A stretch of 64,000 nt of DNA from a virus: the IMG/VR virus record IMGVR_UViG_3300012156_000141. One strand, 5' to 3'. Position numbers and translations under genes: made by a program. Of this stretch, positions 1 to 10,700 are shown one piece after another; the stretch's first letter is position 1; the number at the start of each line of letters is the position of its first letter. The notes under the pieces were generated by a model, which saw nothing but the letters and a program-made list of their open reading frames with translations, made no database searches and had not been told where the DNA came from.

Positions 1-746
1 TAGATAAGAGTATGAAGCATTATGGTATGCAGTATAAGGAAGGGTTGAATGTCGATGTAGAATCCTTTGATCCACGTACTTGTTGTGGAGGCGGCTTATT
101 TTTTTCAGACGAGAAGCATATATTAGGTTTTTGTGGTTATGGTGATTTAATTGCAGAAGTAACAATTCCGGAAGGTGAGAAGATTGTACCTGTAGAAAAT
201 AAATACAAGGCCAACAAAATCATTTTATCTAATATCCGCATTTTGTGGGATATTAAAATGTTTAAAGAATTAAAAGAGCAAGGAATTAACATTCATGCCG
301 GTGATGACTATGCTTTGCGCTTGGCGGCGTATAAAGGATATCTGAATGTAGTTAAGTATCTGATAGGGCAAGGAGCAGATATTCATGCATGTAATGATGA
401 TCCATTAATAAGGGCATCGGAAAATGGACATTTAGAAGTCATTAAATATTTAGTAGAGCAAGGAGCAGATATTTATGCATATGATAATTATGCTTTACAA
501 TTAGCGGCATATAATGGATATTTGAATGTAGTTAAATATTTGGTAGAGAAAGGAGCAGATATTTACACAGATCATGAGCTTGCTTTAAGATGGTCCGCAA
601 AAAATGGTCATATAGAAGTCGTTAAATATTTAATAGAGCAGGGTACCAATGTTCATGCAGACAATGACTTAGCTTTACGATGGGCAGAAGAAAATGGTCA
701 TTTGGAAGTCGTTGAATATTTAGAGAATCAAGTCAAAGAATCTTAA
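1..746 (+). CDS. Ankyrin-repeat protein (about 5 repeats) with conserved N-terminal domain; 5' end cut by the window edge
   Basis: Repeats of the GADIHAxDDxALxxAAxNGHLEVVKYLVEQ type. The paralog at 21180 begins MYYKILDKSMKHY and window bases 1-14 match its LDKSM codons, so the true start lies upstream of base 1. Confidence 0.9.
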   Translation, partial: DKSMKHYGMQYKEGLNVDVESFDPRTCCGGGLFFSDEKHILGFCGYGDLIAEVTIPEGEKIVPVENKYKANKIILSNIRILWDIKMFKELKEQGINIHAGDDYALRLAAYKGYLNVVKYLIGQGADIHACNDDPLIRASENGHLEVIKYLVEQGADIYAYDNYALQLAAYNGYLNVVKYLVEKGADIYTDHELALRWSAKNGHIEVVKYLIEQGTNVHADNDLALRWAEENGHLEVVEYLENQVKES

Positions 747-750
747 ATAA

Positions 751-774
751 GAAAAGAGTCCATGACTCTTTTTT
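751..774 (+). terminator. Intrinsic terminator, probably bidirectional
   Basis: AAAAGAGTC-CAT-GACTCTTTTTT; a near-identical copy follows the ankyrin paralog at about 21676. Confidence 0.8.
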
Positions 775-866
775 GTTACAATAAAATTAAGGTAGTATAA
801 CACAAAATAGAAATAAAAATATTATATTTGCGTCAAAATAAAAAAGATGTATTGATTACATCTTTT

Positions 867-1229
867 CTATTTGTTTATCGCTCTTTTGTTTAAAACCGCA
901 ACTTTTATTTTTTTAACCGTATGTTCCATTATTTGATATTGTACCATTCCAATTTTGAATTTCATATTAGTAAGATTCAACTTTTGGTCATTTAACTCTG
1001 CCTCTGTAATCACCTTGTCTATATGACTTACCATTTTAAGATAATCAGTAATAGTTAAGTTATTATTACACGCTCTTTCATCATAAGTGCGGTTTTCTGG
1101 ATAATACTTAGGGCAAGCATAAAAAGAATCCTTATTCATATCAGAACCATCTTTCATATAAAAGGGTATTGGCTCCTGATGCCCATTGTCACAGTGTACT
1201 TCAATCAAATCACATAAATTTTTAATCAT
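867..1229 (-). CDS. Hypothetical protein with Cys/His motifs
   Basis: 120-aa ORF with GAGGA RBS, directly downstream of the sortase; HCDNGH, YACPKY and RACNN motifs. Confidence 0.75.
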   Translation of the reverse strand: MIKNLCDLIEVHCDNGHQEPIPFYMKDGSDMNKDSFYACPKYYPENRTYDERACNNNLTITDYLKMVSHIDKVITEAELNDQKLNLTNMKFKIGMVQYQIMEHTVKKIKVAVLNKRAINK

Positions 1230-1259
1230 AATTATTCCTCTTTCATTTATTTAAAAGTA

Positions 1260-2066
1260 TTATGTAATTTGATTTATTTTTTTAGCTACAATAAATATTC
1301 TTCCGTTCCTATAACTATATTCACAAGTCATTAAAGTTAAGAATTTATCTGCATAACTATAAGAAATCCCAGTTTCATAAAATTTGTTTGAATCAATAAA
1401 CTTAACAAATTGGTTAAATTGATCTTTATTATTTATTGATATAAAAGAAGATAATTCACCTAGATTTCCTGAAGATACTTTAAATGCAGCAATAATCTGA
1501 TAATCACCCATTTCATATAAGGAGTCAAATCGAATCGTTTGTTGATTAAAAAAATTGTTCTGATCCTGATAATTATTAAGAGCTGCAAACATGGAACCGT
1601 CTTTCATGTGATGCCCGTAAATAACATAGTTCTTGCCTGAATTTATATTGCAAGCAGCATCTAAATAAATGGAGCCATAAGAACTTTTTTGCTTATCAAA
1701 ATTCCTATATAAATAGTAGTCATAATCATCCTTGTTTTGCAACACCGGATAATCAATAACAGTGCCTGGAATTGAGATCCAGCCAATATAGTCTGGATTT
1801 TTTTCTTTTAAATTTTGATATGAAATAAAAACTTTAGCTCTGTCTCTATCTTTTTGTAATTGTTCAAAAGAAATTTGAGTTTCATTTAAATTAGAAAAAC
1901 TTTCAATATCCTCATCCGATACTAAATTTATTATTTTTGATATTTGATTTGATTGGACATTCTGCCTTTGAGCTTCTATATATCGATTAATTAATTGATG
2001 GGTACAAAAACCAAAGAGAGAAAGAAATAAAACAAATAAAAACATTCTGATTATTTTTTTACACAT
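1260..2066 (-). CDS. srtB: Class B sortase
   Basis: N-terminal TM; NPDYIGWISIPGTVIDYPV, IYGHHMKDGSMFAAL, catalytic LTLMTC and GRIFIVAK. Confidence 0.93.
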   Translation of the reverse strand: MCKKIIRMFLFVLFLSLFGFCTHQLINRYIEAQRQNVQSNQISKIINLVSDEDIESFSNLNETQISFEQLQKDRDRAKVFISYQNLKEKNPDYIGWISIPGTVIDYPVLQNKDDYDYYLYRNFDKQKSSYGSIYLDAACNINSGKNYVIYGHHMKDGSMFAALNNYQDQNNFFNQQTIRFDSLYEMGDYQIIAAFKVSSGNLGELSSFISINNKDQFNQFVKFIDSNKFYETGISYSYADKFLTLMTCEYSYRNGRIFIVAKKINQIT

Positions 2067-2227
2067 AATAGCCTCCTTGGTATAAGTATGTGTAAATAAT
2101 TAGATAATTCATCCCATCAATTGAAAAACAGTTAAATACCTGTTATCTTAAAAGTTTTTTAATCATTATATATTTGATTTAATGATTAAAGGGAGATATA
2201 TATTTCCTAATATGAAAGGAGAATTGA

Positions 2228-3961
2228 ATGAAGTGGAAAAAGAGAAGATCAGATCTTAAAACAATTCAAGAAGTAGTTTTAAGTAATAATCCTGGTTTAT
2301 CTGTTGAAGTCCTCCTAGATGATAAAACAATTTATAGAGTAAGGGATATTGACAAGATAATTGCGGTGTTATTAGAAGCTAAGGAAAAAGACATTCCGAT
2401 TACAATTGTTGGTGATTATGATGCTGACGGTGTCACAAGCGAAACAGAATGGATACATATGCTTACTAAACTAGGAGTAAGATTCCGGATCAGAACGCCA
2501 AGTCGACATAACGAAGGTTATGGACTTAATGAAAATATTATTGATGAAATTGATGAAGGAATTCTTATCACAGTAGATAATGGTATTGCTGCAATAAAGG
2601 CAATTAAAAAAGCCAAAGAGAAGGGTCTGTATGTAATTATTGTAGACCACCATCAACCCGTTTTGGATGATGGTAAAATTCTTCTTCCGGATGCAGATAT
2701 TATCCTGGATCCACATGCGATTGCAGATCAGGCAGACTTTATCCATTACTGTGGAGCAGGACTGACTTTTAAGATTGCGGAACAATTGTTTGAGGATGAT
2801 GAATTCTTTTTAGATAGATTGTCCTGTTTTGCAGCGATTGGAACTGTGGCGGATGTAATGCCGCTGATAAAAGATAATCGTAAAATTGTAAAACGAGGAC
2901 TAAAGAACATGTTGATTTACAAAGTTCGTACTACTGGACTAGGTAAGTTATTGGAAGCCTGTTATATTAATGGGAGAATGACGGCTGATGACATCGGTTA
3001 TTCCATTGGTCCGGCAATTAATGCTTGTGGCCGGTTAGGTGCGCCAATTGCACCAAAAGAAGCCGATATGGCTGTTGATATTTTGAGCTTTAACGGAGAC
3101 TTAGTAAAATCTGAAGAAATGGCTCAAGAAATGCTATTTGTAAATAAGGAACGACAAAGATTGGTTAAGGAAGCCGATAAAAAGGCTGAGCAGATTATTG
3201 AAGATAATGCCATGTATGGTGATGTTCCATTAGTACTATATATCCCGGATATTAATGAGGGATTAGTGGGAATCATCGCTGGTCATTTAACTGAAAAAAA
3301 TGCAGTTCCAAGTATTGTATTAACAGATTCCCACAAAGACATGACAGTTATTAAAGGAAGTGGAAGAAGTGTTGATGCAGTAAATCTAAAAAAACTTTTG
3401 GATACTTGTAAGGATGATATGCTTGGTTATGGAGGCCATCCTGGAGCAGCTGGATTAAGTCTAAAATCAGATAATCTGGATAAATTCCGGGAGAATTTAC
3501 AAAACAACATCGGAACATTTAGTTTTGAACCACCAGAAGTAATGTATGATTTAGAAATTGAAGAAGATCAAATTGAAAGCACAATCTCTGAATTAGATAA
3601 ATATGGTCCTTATGGACAGGGAAATCCTGAACCTATTTTTCTGATTAAGAATTATCATCTATTTCCAAAAGATAATTCTATGTTTAAGGTCTCTGGCTCT
3701 GAAAATGAACATGTCCGATTTTTTGGATTATCTACATATGCAAATGCTTTCTTCCAAAATCAAAAATATGTTGAAATGGGACAGCCAAAAACAATGAACC
3801 TTATTGGGACGTTGGATGCTTCGTATTTCAAAGGAAAATATAGTTATGGATTTAAGGTTTTAGATATGGAGGCTGTAGAGGAAGAACCTAAAAAGCGAAC
3901 ATCATTAGCAGAACTAGTAAGAGCGAAAACAATACAAACAAACACAGCGAAAGGATTATAA
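2228..3961 (+). CDS. recJ: Single-stranded DNA exonuclease RecJ (DHH/DHHA1)
   Basis: GDYDADG, TVDNG, VDHH, IGTVADVMPL, PAINACGRL, KGSGRS, GGHPGAAG, PYGQGNPEP. Confidence 0.95.
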   Translation: MKWKKRRSDLKTIQEVVLSNNPGLSVEVLLDDKTIYRVRDIDKIIAVLLEAKEKDIPITIVGDYDADGVTSETEWIHMLTKLGVRFRIRTPSRHNEGYGLNENIIDEIDEGILITVDNGIAAIKAIKKAKEKGLYVIIVDHHQPVLDDGKILLPDADIILDPHAIADQADFIHYCGAGLTFKIAEQLFEDDEFFLDRLSCFAAIGTVADVMPLIKDNRKIVKRGLKNMLIYKVRTTGLGKLLEACYINGRMTADDIGYSIGPAINACGRLGAPIAPKEADMAVDILSFNGDLVKSEEMAQEMLFVNKERQRLVKEADKKAEQIIEDNAMYGDVPLVLYIPDINEGLVGIIAGHLTEKNAVPSIVLTDSHKDMTVIKGSGRSVDAVNLKKLLDTCKDDMLGYGGHPGAAGLSLKSDNLDKFRENLQNNIGTFSFEPPEVMYDLEIEEDQIESTISELDKYGPYGQGNPEPIFLIKNYHLFPKDNSMFKVSGSENEHVRFFGLSTYANAFFQNQKYVEMGQPKTMNLIGTLDASYFKGKYSYGFKVLDMEAVEEEPKKRTSLAELVRAKTIQTNTAKGL

Positions 3962-3976
3962 AAGGAGATAAGAAAG

Positions 3977-4903
3977 ATGAAAACAAAATACCCATATCAA
4001 ATTGACAGCATTGTTCACAAGAGTAAAGACGTATATAGAACATTTGGCATGGATGCGAAACTATTTTCGCCACCAGAAGAGTCAGAAGACAGAGAACCTT
4101 CAGCGCCATTAGAAATGCATGAAGGATATTCTTTGTTTAAAGGAACACTTATTGCAAAGGAAGGCACTGATCGGAAGTTTGTAACATTTAATATTCCGGC
4201 AAAAGATGTTCCATATATACATAAGAAAACTACCATGGTTATGGAATTAGCCTTGGACAAAAAGCTTAATCCAAAAAAGACAGAGAAAAAAACAGGTATA
4301 GGTACAGGAACAGGACCAGCATATACTGTTAAAATTCCATCGGGCACATTAAAAGGGAAAACACCTGCGCAAGTATTATCAAGTCCATCAGGTCAGGAAG
4401 CATTAGAAAACCATAAAAAATGGTTAGAAGACAATTTAGTAAAGTTTAAAAACAACCAAGTTCAGATTGATGCAATTAATGAGGCAATTGAACTATATAA
4501 GTCAGAAAAATTAATTATGGATATAGATATTGAAAATTCAGCAGATGAAATCATTGAAATCTATAGTTGTCCATCCAAAAATATACAGCCAAAAGATGAA
4601 AGAGGCTATTGGACAGTATATGATGTTTCAATTACCTACGATCCGGCGAAAAATATGCCATATGAAATCAAAGTGAACAATTGTTTTGCACCAGTTGACA
4701 AGTCAAAAGGAAATGAAATTGTGATGAGTAAAGCAGACAAGAAAAAGAGATTAAGCATGTCTTTGTCTGAAAGTGAATGGTTTAGTATGATTGATACCAT
4801 GAAAGCACAAAAAATAATGTTTGAAAGCCTGACTTATCCAGAACAGCTAAAAATTGCCAATAAGATTAACGAAGAAAATAGAAAAAAATCAAAAGCCGTG
4901 TAA
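3977..4903 (+). CDS. Hypothetical protein cotranscribed with recJ
   Basis: 308-aa ORF with AAGGAG RBS 15 nt after the recJ stop; no recognised motif. Confidence 0.8.
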   Translation: MKTKYPYQIDSIVHKSKDVYRTFGMDAKLFSPPEESEDREPSAPLEMHEGYSLFKGTLIAKEGTDRKFVTFNIPAKDVPYIHKKTTMVMELALDKKLNPKKTEKKTGIGTGTGPAYTVKIPSGTLKGKTPAQVLSSPSGQEALENHKKWLEDNLVKFKNNQVQIDAINEAIELYKSEKLIMDIDIENSADEIIEIYSCPSKNIQPKDERGYWTVYDVSITYDPAKNMPYEIKVNNCFAPVDKSKGNEIVMSKADKKKRLSMSLSESEWFSMIDTMKAQKIMFESLTYPEQLKIANKINEENRKKSKAV

Positions 4904-4970
4904 TCGGCTTTTTTATTTACCATATTTTCCTACCATTATAGAAGAACAAAACGATATAAGGAGAGTAGAT

Positions 4971-6824
4971 ATGAAAATTAATGGAATTTCTATTGATAAT
5001 TTTAAAGGAATTGACCACTTGACCCATAATTTTAAAGATACTGTCACACTAATTCATGGTCCAGTTGGTTCTGGAAAGACATCGTTAATACAGGCGTTAC
5101 GTTATGGGCTTACTGGAGAACTTCCATCAAAGCCAGTTAGACAAAATGCAGAAAAAGCATCACTAATTTTAGATTGTGGTGAGGAACTATGTATCGAGAG
5201 AGAAGTCCTTCTGCCAGCTAAGAAGAGTGTTCGAATCGTTGGCCGTAAAGTGGGAATTGGAGCAGCAGAGGAGTATCTCGCAGAACAGATTAATGTTGGT
5301 AATGAAATCATGAAGATTGCTACATCTTCAGAAGTTTTATCTAAATTAAAACCAGCAGAGTTTGCAGATATATTTTTAGATGCTTCTGAAGAAAAAATGA
5401 AACTGAATGAACTTTTAAATATTCTCACAAAGATTAATTCAAAAGAAAAGACTACACTTATGAAAGATGAGGCTGACAAAGAATCATTGCCTACAGATCT
5501 GAAATCTGAAATTGCAAGACTCTTCCCGAAATCAGTTATTACACTGGAAGATATCAGTAAAGCTTATGATGAAGCCAGATCAGCTAAAAGGGAATATACT
5601 GCATTACATAAAAGTGCTGTAACAAGGTCAAAAGAATTTCTGGAGATTGTAAAGCCTGAGTATTCAGAAAAAGAAATCCAAAAGAGATTGGAAGAGATTA
5701 TTGGTGTTGAACGAAATGTGGCTGCTTATAAGAGTGCTGCTCTGGCATATAATGCTGCTCTTGCAAACAAAAAGGAGCAAGATAAGAGAATTGCAGAGTT
5801 AGAATTGTTGATTAGTTCAAATTCAGCAACAGAGCCAGATAAAAAAGCATACACCCTACTTCAAAGTGAAATTCGTGATTGCGAAAATAAAATTCTTAAT
5901 CAAAAACGAATTATTCAAACTTTGTCTGATAATATTAAAAGATTAAAGAATACGATCAACAAACTCAATCAACCAACATGTCCTATCAGTGGCAAGCTTA
6001 TTTGTAAAACAGATAAAGCAGACTGCAGAGAAGAACTGGAAGAAGCAATTTTTGACAATGAGGAATCAATAAAGACAATCAATACTATAATCGAAAATTA
6101 TCAGAATGAGCTTGATGATATGAAATATGGTGTTGAAAATTATCAGAAAAACAAAGAAAAGTATGATAAAAAAGTCATTTACAAAAAGGAACTGGATGCT
6201 GCAAGGGCTCGTCCGATTGAACTGCCCGAAAGACCAGAAACATTTAGTTCTAAAAAGGATTATTCTGAAGAAAAAGCTGAATTGCAGGAACGATTGGACT
6301 TACTTAGACGATATAATGATTGTGCTGCTGAGTACAAAGAATCATTAGTCTTAAAAAGAAGCTGTGTTATTTATGAATTCTTGACAAAAGCATTGGAACC
6401 TAAAGGTCCAGTTGTAACACAGTTTTTAGAAACATTTGCCGATTTTCTTGAGGACTCCTGTAATGAGAGGGCTAAACTTCTTAAAACAGGATTTGAAACA
6501 AAGTTCATTGTAGAGGATGGTTTGAAAGTACTATTTAAAACCAAATCCGGTTCGGTATTTTTACCATATTCCAGTTTGTCAAATGGCGAGAGAATTTTTG
6601 CAGAGTTAATTCTTACGGATTTAGTAAATAGTTTCTGTAATTCTAAAATTCTTATTTTAGATAATGTGGATAATTTAGATCAGCAGAGCTTCATACAACT
6701 TCTTGAGTTCTTAACTAAAAAGGAAGTAAAGGAACTTTATGATAATATAATTGTCAGCTTTGTTAACCATGATGATCTATTATCCGTAACTAAAAAATAT
6801 TCTTTGGATATAATTGGCTTTTAA
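4971..6824 (+). CDS. SbcC/Rad50-like SMC-family ATPase
   Basis: Start at 4971 (AGGAG RBS, MKINGISIDNFKG); Walker A GPVGSGKTS, long coiled coil with central CPISGKLIC, signature LSNGE, Walker B ILILDNVD. Confidence 0.88.
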   Translation: MKINGISIDNFKGIDHLTHNFKDTVTLIHGPVGSGKTSLIQALRYGLTGELPSKPVRQNAEKASLILDCGEELCIEREVLLPAKKSVRIVGRKVGIGAAEEYLAEQINVGNEIMKIATSSEVLSKLKPAEFADIFLDASEEKMKLNELLNILTKINSKEKTTLMKDEADKESLPTDLKSEIARLFPKSVITLEDISKAYDEARSAKREYTALHKSAVTRSKEFLEIVKPEYSEKEIQKRLEEIIGVERNVAAYKSAALAYNAALANKKEQDKRIAELELLISSNSATEPDKKAYTLLQSEIRDCENKILNQKRIIQTLSDNIKRLKNTINKLNQPTCPISGKLICKTDKADCREELEEAIFDNEESIKTINTIIENYQNELDDMKYGVENYQKNKEKYDKKVIYKKELDAARARPIELPERPETFSSKKDYSEEKAELQERLDLLRRYNDCAAEYKESLVLKRSCVIYEFLTKALEPKGPVVTQFLETFADFLEDSCNERAKLLKTGFETKFIVEDGLKVLFKTKSGSVFLPYSSLSNGERIFAELILTDLVNSFCNSKILILDNVDNLDQQSFIQLLEFLTKKEVKELYDNIIVSFVNHDDLLSVTKKYSLDIIGF

Positions 6825-6885
6825 AGGATGCGTTGCATCCTTTTTTAACATAATAATCTCATGAAGACAGTAAAGGAGCTATGAT

Positions 6886-7608
6886 ATGATTTATATTACA
6901 GGAGATACGCATGGAGCGAATGACATTTCAAAGTTATTTCCAGGATCTTTTCCTGATGGAAAAAAATTGACAAGAGATGATTTTGTAATCATAACAGGTG
7001 ACTTTGGAGGACTTTGGACAGGTGGAGATCCTGATCAGGGTGTCTTAGATTTCTATAGAGAAAAGAAATATACAATCTTATTTGTTGATGGAAATCATGA
7101 AAATTTCTCTGAATTAAATAAGTATGGTGTCGAGGAATGGAATGGTGGAAAAATTCATAGAATTGACGAAAACATTATTCATTTAATGCGAGGGCAGGTT
7201 TTCGAAATTCAAGGTAAAACAATTTTCACATTTGGTGGAGGATTATCGATTGATAAGGCATATAGAACACCATTTATTTCCTGGTGGCCGGAGGAATGGC
7301 CTTTAAACAGTGAAATAGAAGAGGCATTATATAATTTGAATAGACACAATAATAAAGTAGACTATATAGTTACACATGCAGCACCAGAGACGCTTGTTAG
7401 AAACGAAATAAATGAAATACACCCACTATTAAAAATGGATTGCATGACTGAAAAGTTCTTAGATGCTATCTATGAAACTGTAGATTACGAAATGTGGTTT
7501 TGTGGACATTATCATTTGGATGTATTATTAAGAAAACAAAAGCTATTGATTCTATATAATGATGTTATTAGAATATCAAAAGGATATCCAATTGTGTCAA
7601 AAAAATAA
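6886..7608 (+). CDS. Calcineurin-like metallophosphoesterase
   Basis: GDTHG, GDFG, DGNHE, THAAP and GHYH motifs. Confidence 0.92.
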   Translation: MIYITGDTHGANDISKLFPGSFPDGKKLTRDDFVIITGDFGGLWTGGDPDQGVLDFYREKKYTILFVDGNHENFSELNKYGVEEWNGGKIHRIDENIIHLMRGQVFEIQGKTIFTFGGGLSIDKAYRTPFISWWPEEWPLNSEIEEALYNLNRHNNKVDYIVTHAAPETLVRNEINEIHPLLKMDCMTEKFLDAIYETVDYEMWFCGHYHLDVLLRKQKLLILYNDVIRISKGYPIVSKK

Positions 7609-7704
7609 AAAGAGCAGATTGCTCTTTTTTATTAGCCTTATCTTTTAAAAGTCTTACATAATAAATAATGAAGTAAAAATATATAAATAACGAGGAGGTA
7701 TACT

Positions 7705-10700
7705 GTGAGGAAAAAAATATATCCTGCTGTCTTAGCTACCACATTATCAATCACAATGACGATGCAATCTTTGGCCGCTGGATGGGTAAAGTCAGATGAT
7801 AATTGGTATTTGATGGATGATGCTAATAACAAAGTATTAAATTCATGGTATCAAGATACTGACGGAGAATGGTATTATCTTGCTGATGATGGCAAAATGC
7901 AAACCGGCTGGAAGTTGGATCCAGTAGGAAATCTGTTCTATTTAAACCCAACTGAAGGAGAGCCAATGGGTTCAATGACTGTTGGTTGGAAATTAATCAA
8001 CAACGTTTGGTATTTCTTTAATACCATTCATGATGGCACTTATGGCAAAGTTCTAACTGGATGGCAATGGATTGATGGATATTGTTATCATTTTTCTGAT
8101 AACGGAACAATGAGTTGTAACACAATCACTCCGGACGGATATACTGTAGATGCTAATGGTGCGTGGGTGGATAATGGCCAAGTAGTATATGTAAGTGGAA
8201 AAGGCATTATCACAAAAGTGTCAAGTAATCCAACTACTAGTAAAAGCAGTTCTGGAGGAGGTGGCGGTGGAGGAGGTGGTGGTGGTGGTGGTGGAAGCAG
8301 TTCTATCAGTAGTAAAAACTACTCATATACCGTAAATTGCATTGATAAAGAAAGCGATGAAATACTAGGTAGTTATCAGTTGTTAGCAAAGAAAAATTCA
8401 ACCATAACTTTAAATTATACATTTGAAAATTATAAATTAGTCCCAGGCCAGTCAACAACTGTCTCTGTTTCTGGAAATAATATGATCTTTAATTTGTATT
8501 ACGAAAAAAATATCAAAATACCAGAAGAAGAATTTTATTCTTATACAGTTATCTATAAAGATATTGATACCGATGATGTCTTAGAAGTGGGAACATTTAA
8601 AGGTGAAAAGGATGATGAAATAGATATTGACTATCCGCATATTGAAGGGTACGAAATGTGTGATAATCAGCCTGATTCTTTTGTGCTTGATCAGAACAAT
8701 AAACAAATCGTGGTTTACTATCAAACGGTTTTAGTCAATGAAGAATATTCCTTTACTATACAATACTTAGATAAAGATGACAATCTCTTAGGAGAAAAGA
8801 ATGGTATTGTAATAGCTAATTCGGATATAACTATAGATTTTCCAAGATTTGATGGTTATGAAGTAGAGAGTGGCCAGAGAAAAACCTATACAGTATTTGA
8901 ATACGGAATGGTTATATCTATTTACTACACAAGGAAGGATAATACTGGCACAGCATCACCTTCTAACCCGGATAAAGCAAAGTATACTTACATAATTAAT
9001 TGTTATGACTTTGAATCCGATGAATTAATAGGTTACTATACAGACGAAGCTGAAGCTGGAGACACTATTAATGTAGACTATACGATTCCCGGATACACAG
9101 CTTGTGAATCTTATTCTTTTGAAATAGATGAAGACAATGTAAGTTTTGATATATATTACACAAAAGATGAAATTGTAAAACAGTATTCTTACTTTATTTA
9201 TCAGATTGATATAGATACAAAAGAACGAATTGGTGTTTTGGAACTTAAAGGTGCAATAGGTGAAGAATTAGAGCTTGCAGAGTTGGATATTGATAATTAT
9301 GAAATACTGGGAAACCCACCCGAAATAGTCAAAATTAGTTCTGTAGAATCTAATAATGAAATAAAGCTTTACTATAAAAAAATAGTTGCCAATGAACCAG
9401 TTAAAAAAGAGGTAAATTTTACAGTTGAATATGTTGATGTTAGTAATCATGAAACCCATATTTTAAATGATATCACAGGAACAGGAACAGTTGGTGATGA
9501 AATTCCCATCTATTTCACTGAGAAAATCAATACACCAGATGGAAAACAATGGGAATCAGTAGGCAGCAGCCCAAGAATGTTTGAGCTAATTGATACTGAT
9601 TACAATATTTTTACTATCGAATATAGAAATACAAATACGATTCCTGAAATAGCCGATACTGTCATGAAATATTCTATTAAATATGTAACCGATGATACCG
9701 GAGCAACCCTTGGAATATCAACTGGTTTTGGAATAGTTGGTTCAAAAGTCTCATTCAGAAATAATTTTTCAACAACAGAATACGGTATTGCAGACTCAAC
9801 GGTTACTAAACTTACAATCTCTGAAAAAGAAGATGAGAATGATATTGAGGTTTTGTACAAACGAATATCTCAACCAGGACCAGAGAAAGATCCAATCACT
9901 GGAGAGTATATAGGTAGTAACTGGACCGTAGTATTTGTTGATAATCAAGGGAATCACCTTATGGAATCAGTTAATGGATTTTCTTTAAAAGGCACACAAT
10001 TAATTATTGATTATCCTAATGAAATTGAAATCGATGGTGAAACATATCGGGCTAAAAACAGTTCACCGTATCGTGAGATCCAAGCAGGGACTGTATATAA
10101 ACAAATTGCTATAGAATACACAATTGGTGATGATGCTTCGGATAAATTAGCTCAGTGGCAACAAACCGCCCAAGAAGCGAAAGATAAAATTACTGGAGCA
10201 ACACCTTTATCTTTTATAGTTTCCTATAAAGAGAAAAATTCTTGGAATGATATTGGATTAAGATTTGGTATGGGTACAGAAGATTCAATGATAACAATCC
10301 CTATTCCGGATATTACAGATTATATTCCACCAACAGAAAAAGTGGAAAGTTTTAAGTTGACTGAAGAAGGAATGGAAAAGATCGTGTATTATACCCGAAA
10401 TACGAATGGAACCTCTGTGCAAGATATAAAATCCAGTTATAGTGTATATCTTCAAGACGAAGGTGGAAATGATTTGTTTGCATCATACTCCGGATATGCA
10501 GCATCAGAGACAGATGAATCTGTAACAAAAGTTCCAGTATATTATCCCAATACATTTGTAGATAAAGAAGGAAATATATGGGAAGCTGATAACCCATCAC
10601 CAACAACCATAATGGTTGATACACTGTCACAGAATAATAATACAAATATCATCACATATCATCAGACTTTCAACAATCCGAAAGAAGATATGATCGTAAC

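Noticed and set aside
8254-8296. GGN triplet run as a contingency locus
   Set aside because: Mixed GGA/GGT/GGC codons encode a Gly linker and length changes would stay in frame.
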